From: Macrostomum lignano
Lineage: Eukaryota
Assembly: GCA_002269645.1 (NCBI GenBank)
Contig: NIVC01000082.1
Span: 248,001-312,000, forward strand
Direction of reading: 5' to 3'
DNA: 64,000 nucleotides
Part shown: piece by piece, positions 26,003 through 38,200 of the stretch
Position numbering within the stretch: position 1 is the stretch's first letter
How the letters are laid out: each line of letters begins with the position of its first letter
Made by a program: the position numbers and the translations under genes
The notes under the pieces: model-generated
Database searches by the model: none
Seen by the model: only the letters and a program-made list of their open reading frames with translations
What the model was told of the DNA's origin: nothing

Positions 26003-26039
26003 GTGTCAGTCTGTCTGTCTGAATGTCTGACTGTCTGCC

Positions 26040-26091
<52 letters not shown>

Positions 26092-26123
26092 GGTCTGTCT
26101 GTCTGTCTGTCTGCCTGCCTGCC

Positions 26124-26165
<42 letters not shown>

Positions 26166-26215
26166 CCTGCCTGTCTGTCTGTCTGTCTGTCTTTCTGTCT
26201 GTCTTAGTGTCTGTA

Positions 26216-26256
<41 letters not shown>

Positions 26257-26312
26257 TTCTGTCTGTCTTAGTGTCTGTATGTCTGTCTGTCTATCTGTCT
26301 GTCTGTCTGTCT
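25760..26312. repeat. (TCTG)n microsatellite
   Basis: Begins immediately after the stop codon of the EXD2-like ORF. Confidence 0.97.
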
Positions 26313-26994
26313 CCCTACCTTTAACTCGCCGAGTCATTAATTAAAAAAATGCCTGCCCACTCAGTGATGACTATTTAAAATTTTTCTAATAAAAATCGTA
26401 TAAATTATTAAATAAAATTTAATGGCACAGTGAATCAGTGCATTTATTAGTCAAGAACAGCTGTTTAATTCTCGTTTCACGTGTTAAAGAAGTTTGCATA
26501 TTATGCAAAATATTCTTCTAAAGTATTTTTTATCAAATACTGATTCGGTTTGGTGGATTGTATCGCTTGAAGGCACAAAAATATGGAAATATTCCAACAA
26601 TTCGATAAATGGTTTTGACCTCAAAAACGGTCGCACATGAGGCAGGTGCAACCAACGCCAAAAATGATTTTGGTTCAATGCCAAACAAAATTAAAGTCAT
26701 GTGACTGTGTTTAGGAATAACTGTTCGAGCTGGTTAGCAAACGTACATGCATTTTGATACGCTTCACATGGTTAGCTAAATATTCAATTGACACTGCCTT
26801 TCGAGAAACTTTCAAAGTTCAAAGGTGCATGGTTCATCTGCTTTTAAATAAAATTTCAGCGGTATTGGGGTCCTGCTGTGTGTGTGTGTGTGTGTGTTCG
26901 AGTGCAGATAAACTTTAACTAGCTCGTACTTGTTTAAACCTTCCAGTTATAGGTATTGGTGTGTGTAAATATTTTAGATTAATGTTTTCGAGGA

Positions 26995-28005
26995 GGCAGG
27001 AGGGAGGGAGAGGGGAGAAGGCAGAGGGAGAGAGAGGAGAGGAGGAGGCAGAGGGAGAGAGAGGAGAGGAGGAGGGAGAGGGAGAGAGAGGAGAGGAGGA
27101 GGGAGAGAGGGGAGAGGAGGAGGCAGAGGGAGAGAGAGGAGAGGAGGAGGGAGAGGGAGAGAGAAGAGAGGAGGAGGGAGAGAAAGAGGGGAGAGGAGGA
27201 GGCAGAGGGAGAGAGAGGAGAGGAGGAGGGAGAGAGAGGGGGAGAGGAGGAGGCAGAGGGAGAGAGGGGAGAGGAGGAGGGAGAGAGAGGAGGAGGCAGA
27301 GGGAGAGAGAGGAGGAGGGAGAGAGAGGGGAGAGGAGGAGGCAGAGGGAGAGAGAGGAGAGGAGGAGGCAGAGGGAGAGAGAGGAGAGGAGGAGGGAGAG
27401 AGAGGGGGAGAGGAGGAGGCAGAGGGAGAGAGGGGAGAGGAGGAGGGAGAGAGAGGAGGAGGCAGAGGGAGAGAGAGGAGGAGGGAGAGAGAGGGGAGAG
27501 GAGGAGGCAGAGGGAGAGAGAGGAGAGGAGGAGGGAGAGAGAGGGGGGAGAGGAGGAGGCAGAGGGAGAGAGGGGAGAGGAGGAGGGAGAGAGAGGAGGA
27601 GGCAGAGGGAGAGAGAGGAGGAGGGAGAGAGAGAGGGGAGAGGAGGAGGCAGAGGGAGAGAGAGGAGAGGAGGAGGGAGAGAGAGGAGGCAGAGGGAGAG
27701 AGGGGAGAGGAGGCAGAGGGAGAGAGGGGAGAGGAGGCAGAGGGAGAGAGAGGAGAGGAGGAGGGAGAGAGAGGAGAGGAGGAGGAAGAGAGAGGAGGCA
27801 GAGGGAGAGAGGGGAGAGGAGGAGGGAGAGGGGAGAGGAGGAGGCAGAGGGAGAGAGAGGAGAGGAGGAGTGAGAGAGAGGAGGCAGAGGGAGAGAGGGG
27901 AGAGGAGGCAGAGGGAGAGAGGGGAGAGGAGGAGGGAGAGAGGGGAGAGGAGGCAGAGGGAGAGAGGGGAGAGGAGGAGGGAGAGAGGGGAGAGGAGAAG
28001 GCAGA
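26995..28005. repeat. GA-rich low-complexity repeat
   Basis: About 1 kb built almost entirely of GAGG/GAGA units. Confidence 0.95.
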
Positions 28006-28479
28006 AGTATTCGTAAAATCCTCATAAAGTAATTTTACGAGTATGAGAAAAGCTTAAATAAAGATTAGAATAGAGATGTGTGCTGGCGAAATCGGCCTAT
28101 GCCAGAAAGAAATGAAAAGACTTCATTAAATAGGCAAAATGACTACTTGATAACATCGATTTTTTCAGCACTTTATCAGTTTGCTAAGTGCATAATCTTT
28201 TTCAACTCGTAGTTAAGCCACGAAGAAAGAGTTTACTGTACTGTATTTACACCTTTGCACTCGTGCTTTCTTGGAATTTGCGACCTTTAGAATTCAGTAA
28301 TATAACGGTTCGGTCCATTCTCTGTGTGCGTTTTGTCACATGAATTTCTCTTATCATTGAAGCAAGCGACTGTGTTCTCGCACGCTTGTGAAAGCTTTCT
28401 ACTTTTAAAGGTAAACCGAATTCAGATAAAAGTATCACAGAGTCAAACAGAAATTTGAAAAAAAACACCGAGTATAGGA

Positions 28480-30843
28480 ATGGCCAACATTCTCCTAGGA
28501 GCTGGCATAGCCGTATTGGCCACATGTTACATCTATTGGCTGGCTGCGATATCACCGAGTGTTCACGGTGGCGGCGGAAACGGCGGGACGGTGGCTGTTG
28601 AGCAGTGGCGAGGAGAGAGTGCATCATCTGTCGGTGTTGCTAGTGCCCATGGGTGAGTTTTGATGACTTATTTTTTATATGACTTACCCTGGTAGATATA
28701 GAGATGATTTTTGGCTCTCCTTAGAGATTATTTTTGGCGATCTTCTTAGAGATGATTTCGGCTCTCATTAAAGATGATTTCGGCTCTCATTAAAGATGAT
28801 TTTGGCTCTGCTTAGAGATGATTTCGGCTCTCCTTAGAGATGATTTTGGCTCTCCTTAGCAATGATTCTGACTCTTATTAGAGATGATTTTGGCACTCGT
28901 AAAAGATGATTTGGCGTTCTTTTGAGATGATTTTCGTACTCCTTGGCAATGATTATAAACGTCTCTTATAAACGTCTCAAGAAGATGCTGTTCTGGCTGT
29001 CTAATTTAAAAGTTTATAAGATTTTACGAAGCATGCATCTTAAACAAAATATTGCTTCATAATTTCCTCCCAGCGTCTTCAACTCCAGTCAGGCCACTCT
29101 GCGGTTTCCAAAGAATCTGGACGATTTAACTATTCTGGCCAAACTGCTCACGTTTTACAAGGAGCGATACTTTGCCTATGTACTGCTATTGTTCTGCAGT
29201 GCCTACCTGTACAAGCAGTGCTTTGCCATCCCTGGATCCGTGTTCATGGTAAAATGCCATCGAAAATATTGCATATTAGTTGATAGACTTAATTATTACA
29301 TTTTTATACCCTTCAATTAGTCAATCAGCAATCTCCACTCACTCCTTCTTCATATATCAGCCAATAAGCAATCGACACCCACCTCATCCTTCCTATCAGC
29401 CAATCAGCAATCGACACCCACCCCATCCTTCCTATCAGCCAATAAGCAATCGACACCCACCCCATCCTTCATATCAGCCAATTAGCAATTGACACCCACC
29501 CCATCCTTCATATCAGCCAATTAGCAATCGACACCCACCCCATCCTTTTTATCAGCCAATTAGCAATCGCCACCCCACCCACCCTTCCAGCCAATTAGCA
29601 ATCGCCACCCCACCCACTCTTCCAGCCAATCCACAAACGATAACCAACCCTCCCCTCCGCTTAAAAATCACGTGACCAGAACTTGCTTGCCGGCGCCCTA
29701 TTTGGAGTGCTTTACGGCTTCCCGCTGTGCTGCTTTCTGACCGCCTGCGGTGCCTCAGGCTGCTACCTGTTATCCAAGCACTTCGGCAAAGATCTGGCAG
29801 AACGGATGCTGCGAGCTCGTCTCCTGCCGTTGCAACGCAAAGTTGAAGACCACCGCGACTCTCTGTTCAGCTTTCTACTTTTCTTACGCCTGTTTCCCAT
29901 GTCACCTAATTGGTTTCTGAACATCGCTTCGCCTCTCGTGAACGTGCCGCTCCTGTACTTTTTCCCTTCGGTGCTGATCGGTGAGGACCGCGAATTCCTA
30001 TGAAACAGGTTTCTGGAAAGTGAGAAATTCGATGTTGTAAAACAGCAAAAGTATTGGGGACTGGAAGGCAGAAGTTTGAGAAAGAAACTTACAGTGCGAA
30101 GTGTAAAAGTTTTGATGCGGAAGTAGACAGGTAGAGGGAGAGAGGGAGATATAGAGGGAGGGGTAGAGTGGGACAGTGCAAGGAAGAGTGAGAGTGAGGG
30201 TGAGAGTGAAAGGGAGAGTGAGAGTGGATGATAGAGAGAGAGAGGTATAAAGAGGGAGGGGAGGGGTAGAGGGGAGAGGTAGATAGGTAGGAAGTGAGAG
30301 GCAGAGGGGGAGGTAGAGTGAGAGGTAGAGAGAGGAGGAGTAGAGAGGGAGAAGAAGGGTACCGAGGGAGAGGTAGAGAGAGGTAGAGAGGATGGAGAGT
30401 GAAAGGTAGAGAGCGGAAGTAGAGGTAGAGAGATAAAGAGGAGAGGTAGAGAGAGTGGGAAGTGTGAGGTAGAGGGAGGTTAGAGAGGTAGAGATAAAGG
30501 GAGGGGTGAGAAAAAAAGAGAGGTAGAGAGGGAATAGTCACTCCGATTAGCTATTGGTGCCATTGTACAACATAAACAGAGGGCTCTTTAAATTGACGTC
30601 ATTCAATTTTCCAATTCATATTTCAAACCGTTTCCAGGCCTGATGCCGTACAACTTCATCACAGTTGAAGCTGGGTCAATGCTGAGCAGCCTGACATCAG
30701 TGAACGACATGTTCACTCTCTCCACTATGCTCAAAATGTCGGCCGTGGCCCTGTCTGTACTCGTCTTCATTCTGGTTAAGAAAAGATTCGCCAAATCGCA
30801 ATTGGCTACTGACAGTAGCAAACTGGGTCTGAGTGCTCACTGA
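28480..30843 (+). CDS. TMEM41A: TMEM41A-like VTT/DedA-family membrane protein, ~284 aa; exons 28480-28652, 29074-29248, 29680-29980, 30638-30843
   Basis: [79 protein letters not shown]. Junction phases 2, 0 and 1 are consistent. Confidence 0.92.
28700..28945. repeat. 22-bp minisatellite GATGATTTTGGCTCTCCTTAGA, TMEM41A intron 1
   Basis: About 10 imperfect copies. Confidence 0.88.
29345..29635. repeat. 39-bp minisatellite ATCAGCCAATCAGCAATCGACACCCACCCCATCCTTCCT, TMEM41A intron 2
   Basis: About 7 copies; 13-aa periodic ORF. Confidence 0.9.
30130..30535. repeat. GA-rich low-complexity tract, TMEM41A intron 3
   Basis: Purine-rich degenerate repeats. Confidence 0.85.
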
Positions 30844-32245
30844 TTTGGTTTTTGTGTCGGAATTAAATAATTTCAAGGTCAAATTTTAAAGCTAATTTTA
30901 TTAAACATGAAGCAAAGAGATTATAAATTAAGCTGCAAATAAACCACAGATACTAATAAAATAACTAGATGTGCCATTCAGGACAATTGCATGCAAGCTA
31001 CTCCAGTAGTAAGTTAAACTGAAGCATTTTAATGTATTTTTGAAGACCAAGGCTTTTTTATTGGCTCCAAGCTTAAACCCTCACACTCCACACAAACCTC
31101 TAACCCCTGCCCTGTCACCCAATTTTTATTACCTTCCTCGATTGTTCCAGCCTAAATCTGCCAAGTGGCTAATGTAGATTATGACTGAACCAATTAGCAA
31201 GTTGTTTACGCCTGCAAGCTTGGGCTTCTAAACTTATCAAATTCATTTCAGCTGCCTCTATTCTTATAAAATAGCTTATTTATCCTTAATTGCTACTGAA
31301 CTGAAAGTAGAAAGCTGGTTTTGCTATGTATACAGTATATGTCCGAGTGGCCCATCTAGTTCATTCTAGTATCTGTGATGACCTAAACAGAGAATCAAGT
31401 TCAGGATTACTTTTTACAAGCATTTTTTATATTCTTTCCATTACAAGAGCAAATTATACTAGTACACAATCGTAGTTGACGCTTTCCCAAATTGATAGTT
31501 TTGATGAGGCGCTGATGAACAATGGTTTTCAGCAGTGTATTATTTATTTATTTATCGATATTTTGTTTTAAAACGATGAAATAAATTCAGAAACTTAAAA
31601 ACAATTCGAATATACGTGACAGTCTACTAGGCAACTATAGTAAGTAATAATTCAAGATTGGTCGTGTTTAAATTCTACTGACTGGTAAGAAATGACACTA
31701 ATCAGTAAAAGAAATATTGTGCTATGCTTGGGATACTAATAGACAACACCTTATGAGATGCAATTAGTGATAAATTCATGATTGATAAATAATAATAGTG
31801 TTCGTGTGACTTCATAACTGTCACTCAAGGACTAATAAAACCGGCAAAGTTTAGTATCGACTCGTATCAGACAAACAGTCAGAAGTGCATTAATGCTTGT
31901 TATAAAGTTCACAGAGTGCTTTGCTATCAGTGTACTTTAGTGGGTGAAAATGAAAATATAGGTAAGGCGGGTTTAGCATTTTGGGTGCTACATGTAGACG
32001 AAGATATATTGAGTAATGACAGTCGGCTTTTTGCCAGACAGGCAGACAGGCACTACAAGACAGGCAGACAGGCAGGCAGACAGACAGACAGACCGATAGA
32101 TAGAATGTGTCTTAAGTATCGTAAGCTACCAAATAAACCACGGATGGTCACCAGAAGGAATCATAGAGGGAGAAATGGCAATGAAACGATCTGATATTTT
32201 GTCTGTCGCTCACTTCCCGACTCGTGTGTCGTCAGCCGCTGTTCA

Positions 32246-35200
32246 TCACTTGCCATCTTCATCGTCCATTCGCGGCGGCGGTTCGCTGACGGCCAGCAGA
32301 ATTTTCCTACCCGAAGTCATCTTGCGCAGCGCGCTGCTGATGATGGCGAGGTCGCCTTTGAGCTCGTTGACCACGTTGGCGATGCGCCTCGGCGAGTCCA
32401 GGACTTCAACGGACTGGGTGTACGGGTTGTAGCGAACGTCGAATGGCCGGCGGATGGTCTTGGCGAACTCGCTTTCAAAGTCAAGTCGAGTGGTAAAGTA
32501 CATTTAGCTGATCATTTTTTGTTCAACATAGTTCCTTAGTGCCTTGAATCCAGGTCCTGAAGTCCCGAAGCTAGATCTCAGAGGTCTAAAGGTCCCGAAG
32601 TATCTAATGTCCCGAAGGTCCCGAAGGTCCCGAAGGTCCCGAAGGTCCCGAAGGTCCCGAACGTCCCGAAGGTCCCCAAGGTATCGAAGGTCCCGAAGGT
32701 ATCAAAGCTAGGTCCCGAAGGTATCGAAGCTCCCGAAGGTATCAAAGCTAGGTCCCGAAGGTATCGAAGCTCCCGAAGGTATCAAAGCTAGGTCCCGAAG
32801 GTATCGAAGCTCCCGAAGGTATCAAAGCTAGGTCCCGAAGGTCCCGAAGGTCCCGAAGGTATCAAAGCTAGGTCCCGAAGGTATCGAAGCTCCCGAAGGT
32901 ATCAAAGCTAGGTCCCGAAGGTCCCGAAGGTCCCGAAAGTCCCGAAGGTCCCGAAGGTCCCGAAGGTCCCGAAGGTCCCGAAGGTCCCGAAGGTCCCGAA
33001 GGTCCCGAAGGTCCCGAAGGTCCCGAAGGTCCCGAAGGTCCCAATGTTCCCAAATCTCCCAATGTTCCCAAATCTCCCAATGACCTACAGGCGCATGTAC
33101 TTAGCTATAAGATAGCACACACCACTTAATGTAAGTAGTTTAGTTGCAAGCTTATTCGCCAGTGTATTCAAATTTTCTTACCGCATTTTTTCTTTGGCGT
33201 CCTCAAAGCTCGGCGTGTAAAAATAACGATTTTGAAAAGTGGTCACCAGGCACTCTTCTTTCGATACGGTCCTGGGATCGAACGAGTTGATCTCGGCTTT
33301 GCCGCTCATTACGAACTGGAGATTAAGTAAGAGATCTGGGCAGGTGTAAATATCAGTCATAAACACTAGTGAATATCATGCAGTCATAAACACTAGTGAA
33401 TATCATGCAGTCATAAACACTGGTGAATATCATGCAGTCATAAACACTGGTGAATATCATGCAGTCATAAACACTGGTGAATATCATGCAGTCATAAACA
33501 CTGGTGAATATCATGCAGTTATAAACACTGGTGAATATCATGCAGTCATAAACACTAGTGAATATCATGCAGTCATAAACACAGGTGAATATCATGCAGT
33601 CATAAACACTAGTGAATATCATGCAGTCATAAACACTGGTGAATATCATGCAGTCATAAACACTAGTGAATATCATGCAGTCATAAACACTGGTGAATAT
33701 CATGCAGTCATAAACACTGGTGAATATCATGCAGTCATAAACACTGGTGAATATCATGCAGTCATAAACACTGGTGAATATCATGCAGTCATAAACACTA
33801 GTGAACATCATTGCAGTCATAAACACTGGTGAATATCATGCAGTCATAAACACTGGTGAATATCATGCAGTCATAAACACTGGTGAATATCACGCAGTCA
33901 TAAACACTGGTGAATATCATGCAGTCATAAACACTGGTGAATATCATGCAGTCATAAACACTAGTGAATATCATGCAGTCATAAACACTGGTGAACATCA
34001 TTGCAGTCATAACACTGGTGAATATCATGCAGTCATAAACACAGGTGAATATCATGCAGTCATAAACACTGGTGAATATCAGTCAATAAAACCGGTTAAT
34101 AATCAGTCATAAACACAGGTGAATATCAGTCACAAACACCGGTGAATATCAGTCATAAACACTGGTGAATATCAGTCAATAAAACCGGTTAATAATCAAT
34201 CACAAACACCGGTGAATATCAGTCATAAACACAGGTGAATATCAGTCACAAACACCGGTGAATATCAATCACAAACACAGGTGAATATCAGTCACAAACA
34301 CCGGTGAATATCAGTCATAAACACAGGTGAATATCAGTCATAAACACAGGTGAATATCAGTCATAAACACAGGTGAATATCAGTCATAAACACAGGTGAA
34401 TATCAGTCATAAACACAGGTTAATAATCGGTGGTAAAAACAAGTGAATATTCACCCTAAACTCGTCCACGCAGGACAGTAGTCCAGCTCCGTAGACTTTC
34501 ATCTCGCCCTCCTGCTTGCACAGTCCAAATTCGATGGTAAAGAAGTAACACTGCAATTATTTTGGGAGATATTTTTGTATCCATTAGGGATTACCAATTA
34601 TATTAACCTAGCTTATTTCGAGTATTAAGTTAAACCGCTGTCATTACCGTAGCCAACTTCTGAACTTCTTCATCACTGGCGCCCAACGAGGCCAAACCGA
34701 TTTCCTGGGAGAATTGGGCGAAACTCGGATCGGCCAGTAGAGGCATGTGGCCCAGAATCTCGTGGCAGCAGTCTCTGTGAAAACAGGTTTGAAAATTCCA
34801 GCACAAACCCTTCTTAATTAAAGTCCAAAACCAACCGCATCTTTCCTCTACCCCTCTTAAAGTCCAAAACTAACCCCATTTGCTCACCCTCTACCCCTTT
34901 ACCGGTAAATTCAAGCCCCAAACCAACCCCATTTTCTCACCATCTACCTCTCTAAATGCAAGCCCAAAACAAACCTCTCCCTCTCTTCCTCTACCCCTCT
35001 TAATTCAAGCCAAAACCAACCCCATTTTCTCACCATCTACCCCTCTTAATTCAAGCCAAAACCAACCCCATTTTCTCACCATCTACCCCTCTTAATTCAA
35101 GCCAAAACCAACCCAATTTTCTCACCCTCCTCCCCTCTAAATTCAAGCCCGAAACCAACCCCATTTTCTCACCCTCTACCCCTCTAACTTCAAGCCCAAA

Positions 35201-38200
35201 ACCAACCCCATTTTAACTTAATCCAATTTAAACAGAACACCAACCCTCGTTGTATTGACACCTAACACTTAAAAAATTAAAGTGCGCGCAAGCAACCCCG
35301 TTTTCTCACTTTCTACCCCTGTAAATGGAAGAATACCAACATCCCTGTTTTATATTCAAACGCGTCATTAACCCCACAATTTTGCACTGATAACAGATCA
35401 GAATGCCTTTAGGCGGCGCCAATTAAAGATAATAAAACACATAAACTCCGACCACTCACGGCTCAGGCGCCAATTAAAGATAATCAACACATAAACTCCG
35501 ACCACTCACGGCTCAGGCGTGTAGAACGGATCGGCCCCGTGGCGAATGTATTGAGTGCAGTGGAACACTCGGAAAGCCAGGCCCGATAGAAAGTCGCGAG
35601 CCGATAGGTAACCGGCCACTGGACGAAGCACGAAGCCTGTGCGATCTTTTAGGTACCTAGATATGTCCTCCAGCTGGGAATGTTGTCCTCCCTTTTGAGT
35701 TGGTGAAAAGGTCAAATATCAACTTTAATTTATTCCAACTCCCACAGCTAAATATCATCTCCTAATTATCGTCTCCCATCTCTAAAATCTCATGTCCAAT
35801 CTCCTGAAACTCATCTGTCATCTCTGGAATCTCATCTCCAATCTCCTGAATCTCATCTCCGATCTTCTGACCCTCAACTCCTATCTCCTGAATCTCATCT
35901 TCGATCTCCTGACTCTTAACTCCAATCTCCTGAATCTTATTCATCATGACCTAAATATCGTCTCTCATATTTTGAATCTCATCTCTCATCTCCCGTATCT
36001 CTTGTTCTATCTCCCAAAATCTAATTTACAACTCAACTCAAACCTAGTAAATCGCGTACTACACAACTCACCGATAACCGCAAAACTTCTGCAACTGCGG
36101 AAGATTCTCCAGGAACTCCCTACAAGCGTGCTTCTGATACAGACTGCTCAGCTCTTTGTACACGGCCGCCCAAGTACGAGTCTCCTCAGCTGTGTACTCG
36201 ATTCGGGGAATTGGCTCGCCTTGGCGATAATTGTAGGCTAGATCGGCGAACCACATCCTGCGCTTGCGGTATTCGACATCTTTGAAGCCCTGAGTTCATG
36301 TAATATAATAGGTGTGGGTTGACGGCTCTCCGCTTCAATTTTGTGTGTGTTCGTGTCTTGGTTTAAATATAAGGGGCGATGCGCAACGGTTTGATTTTAT
36401 GCGTAGTGAGTCTTGGCTGAGTTTTTTAATTAATGGGGATCACAATTAGATTTCAGCGGTAGAAGGTCTCGGCTTGATTTTAGGGGTGGTGGGTCTCGGC
36501 TAGATTTTTTGGGGTGGTGGGTCTCGGCTAGATTTTTTGGGGTGGTGGGTCTCGGCTAGATTTTTGGGGTGGTGGGTCTCGGCTAGATTTTTTGGGGTGG
36601 TGGGTCTCGGCTAGATTTTTTGGGGTGGTGGGTCTCGGCTAGATTTTTTGGGGTGGTGGGTCTCGGCTAGATTTTTTGGGGTGGTGGGTCTCGGCTAGAT
36701 TTTTTGGGGTGCTGGGTCTCGGCTGGATTTTTTGGGGTGGTGGGTCTCGGCTGGATTTTTTGGGGTGGTGGGTCTCGGCTAGATTTTTTTTTTTTTTTTT
36801 TTGGGGTGGTGGGTCTCGGCTAGATTTTTTGGGGTGGTGGGTCTCGGCTAGATTTTTTGGGGTGGTGGGTCTCGGCTAGATTTTTTGGGGTGGTGGGTCT
36901 CGGCTGGATTTTTCGAGGTGAGGGGGCATGACTTGATTTCGGTGGGTATTGACTGGGCTCTGTGATTGAATTTAAGAATTAGGGTCTCAGTTCGATTTTA
37001 TCGATTGTGGTGGTAGATTGCAGCGGAATTTAAAGGGTCTCAGCTGATCTTTCAAAGAGGACAATTCTTGCTACATTTTTGGTAGAGAGATTATAATTAA
37101 ATTCAGAGGTGGGCGATGCTCATACCGGGTGATCGGCGTCCAGCTCTGACCCATACATGATGACTCGTCGCGACACCTTGTCCAGATCTTGAATGCGTCT
37201 GGGAAACCACGGCAGACGCTCCATGGTCACTGATCATTGAAATGGGTAAATAAAACTTATTGCGGGACAGTTTAATATGCATTAAATCGAATCAATTTTG
37301 TTGACACTTTCTTTAAAATCGTATTCGATTCACACAAACAACCATTGAATCCCCACAAACTCCATTGGATTCACACAAACCACCATTGAATTCATACAAA
37401 CCACCATTGGATTCATACAAACCACCATTGAATTCATACAAACAACCATTGACTTCATACAAACCACCATTGAATTTATACAAACCACCATTGGATTCAC
37501 ACAAACCACCATTGGATTCACACAAACAACCATTGACTTCATACAAACCACCATTGGATTCACACAAACCACCATTGAATTCATACAAACCACCATTGAA
37601 TTCACACAAACCACCATTGAATTCATACAAACCACCATTGAATTCATACAAACCACCATTGAATTCACACAAACCACCATTGGATTCATACAAACCACCA
37701 TTGAATTCACACAAACCACCATTGAATTCACACAAACCACCATTGAATTCACACAAACCACCATTGAATTCATACAAACCACCATTGAATTCACACAAAC
37801 CACCATTGGATTCACACAAACCACCATTGAATTCACACAAACCACCATTGAATTCATACAAACCACCATTGAATTCACACAAACCACCATTGGATTCACA
37901 CAAACCACCATTGGATTCACACAAACCACCATTGAATTCACACAAACCACCATTGGATTCACACAAACCACCATTGAATTCACACAAACCACCATTGGAT
38001 TCACACAAACCACCATTGGATTCACACAAACCACCATTGAATTCATACAAACCACCATTGAATTCCCACAAATTCTATCGGATTCACGAAAAATTCATTG
38101 GATTCACACATCAATTCAATTGGCGCCATTGAACTCACACAAACTCCATTAGATTCACACAAGCCCCATGAGCCCTCCCTCACTCTGCCTGCGCAGCATG

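Noticed and set aside
32868-33080. Collagen-like (Gly-Pro-Ser)n ORF
   Set aside because: A 9-bp DNA repeat inside TPH intron 9 with invariant codons; no signal peptide or splice support.
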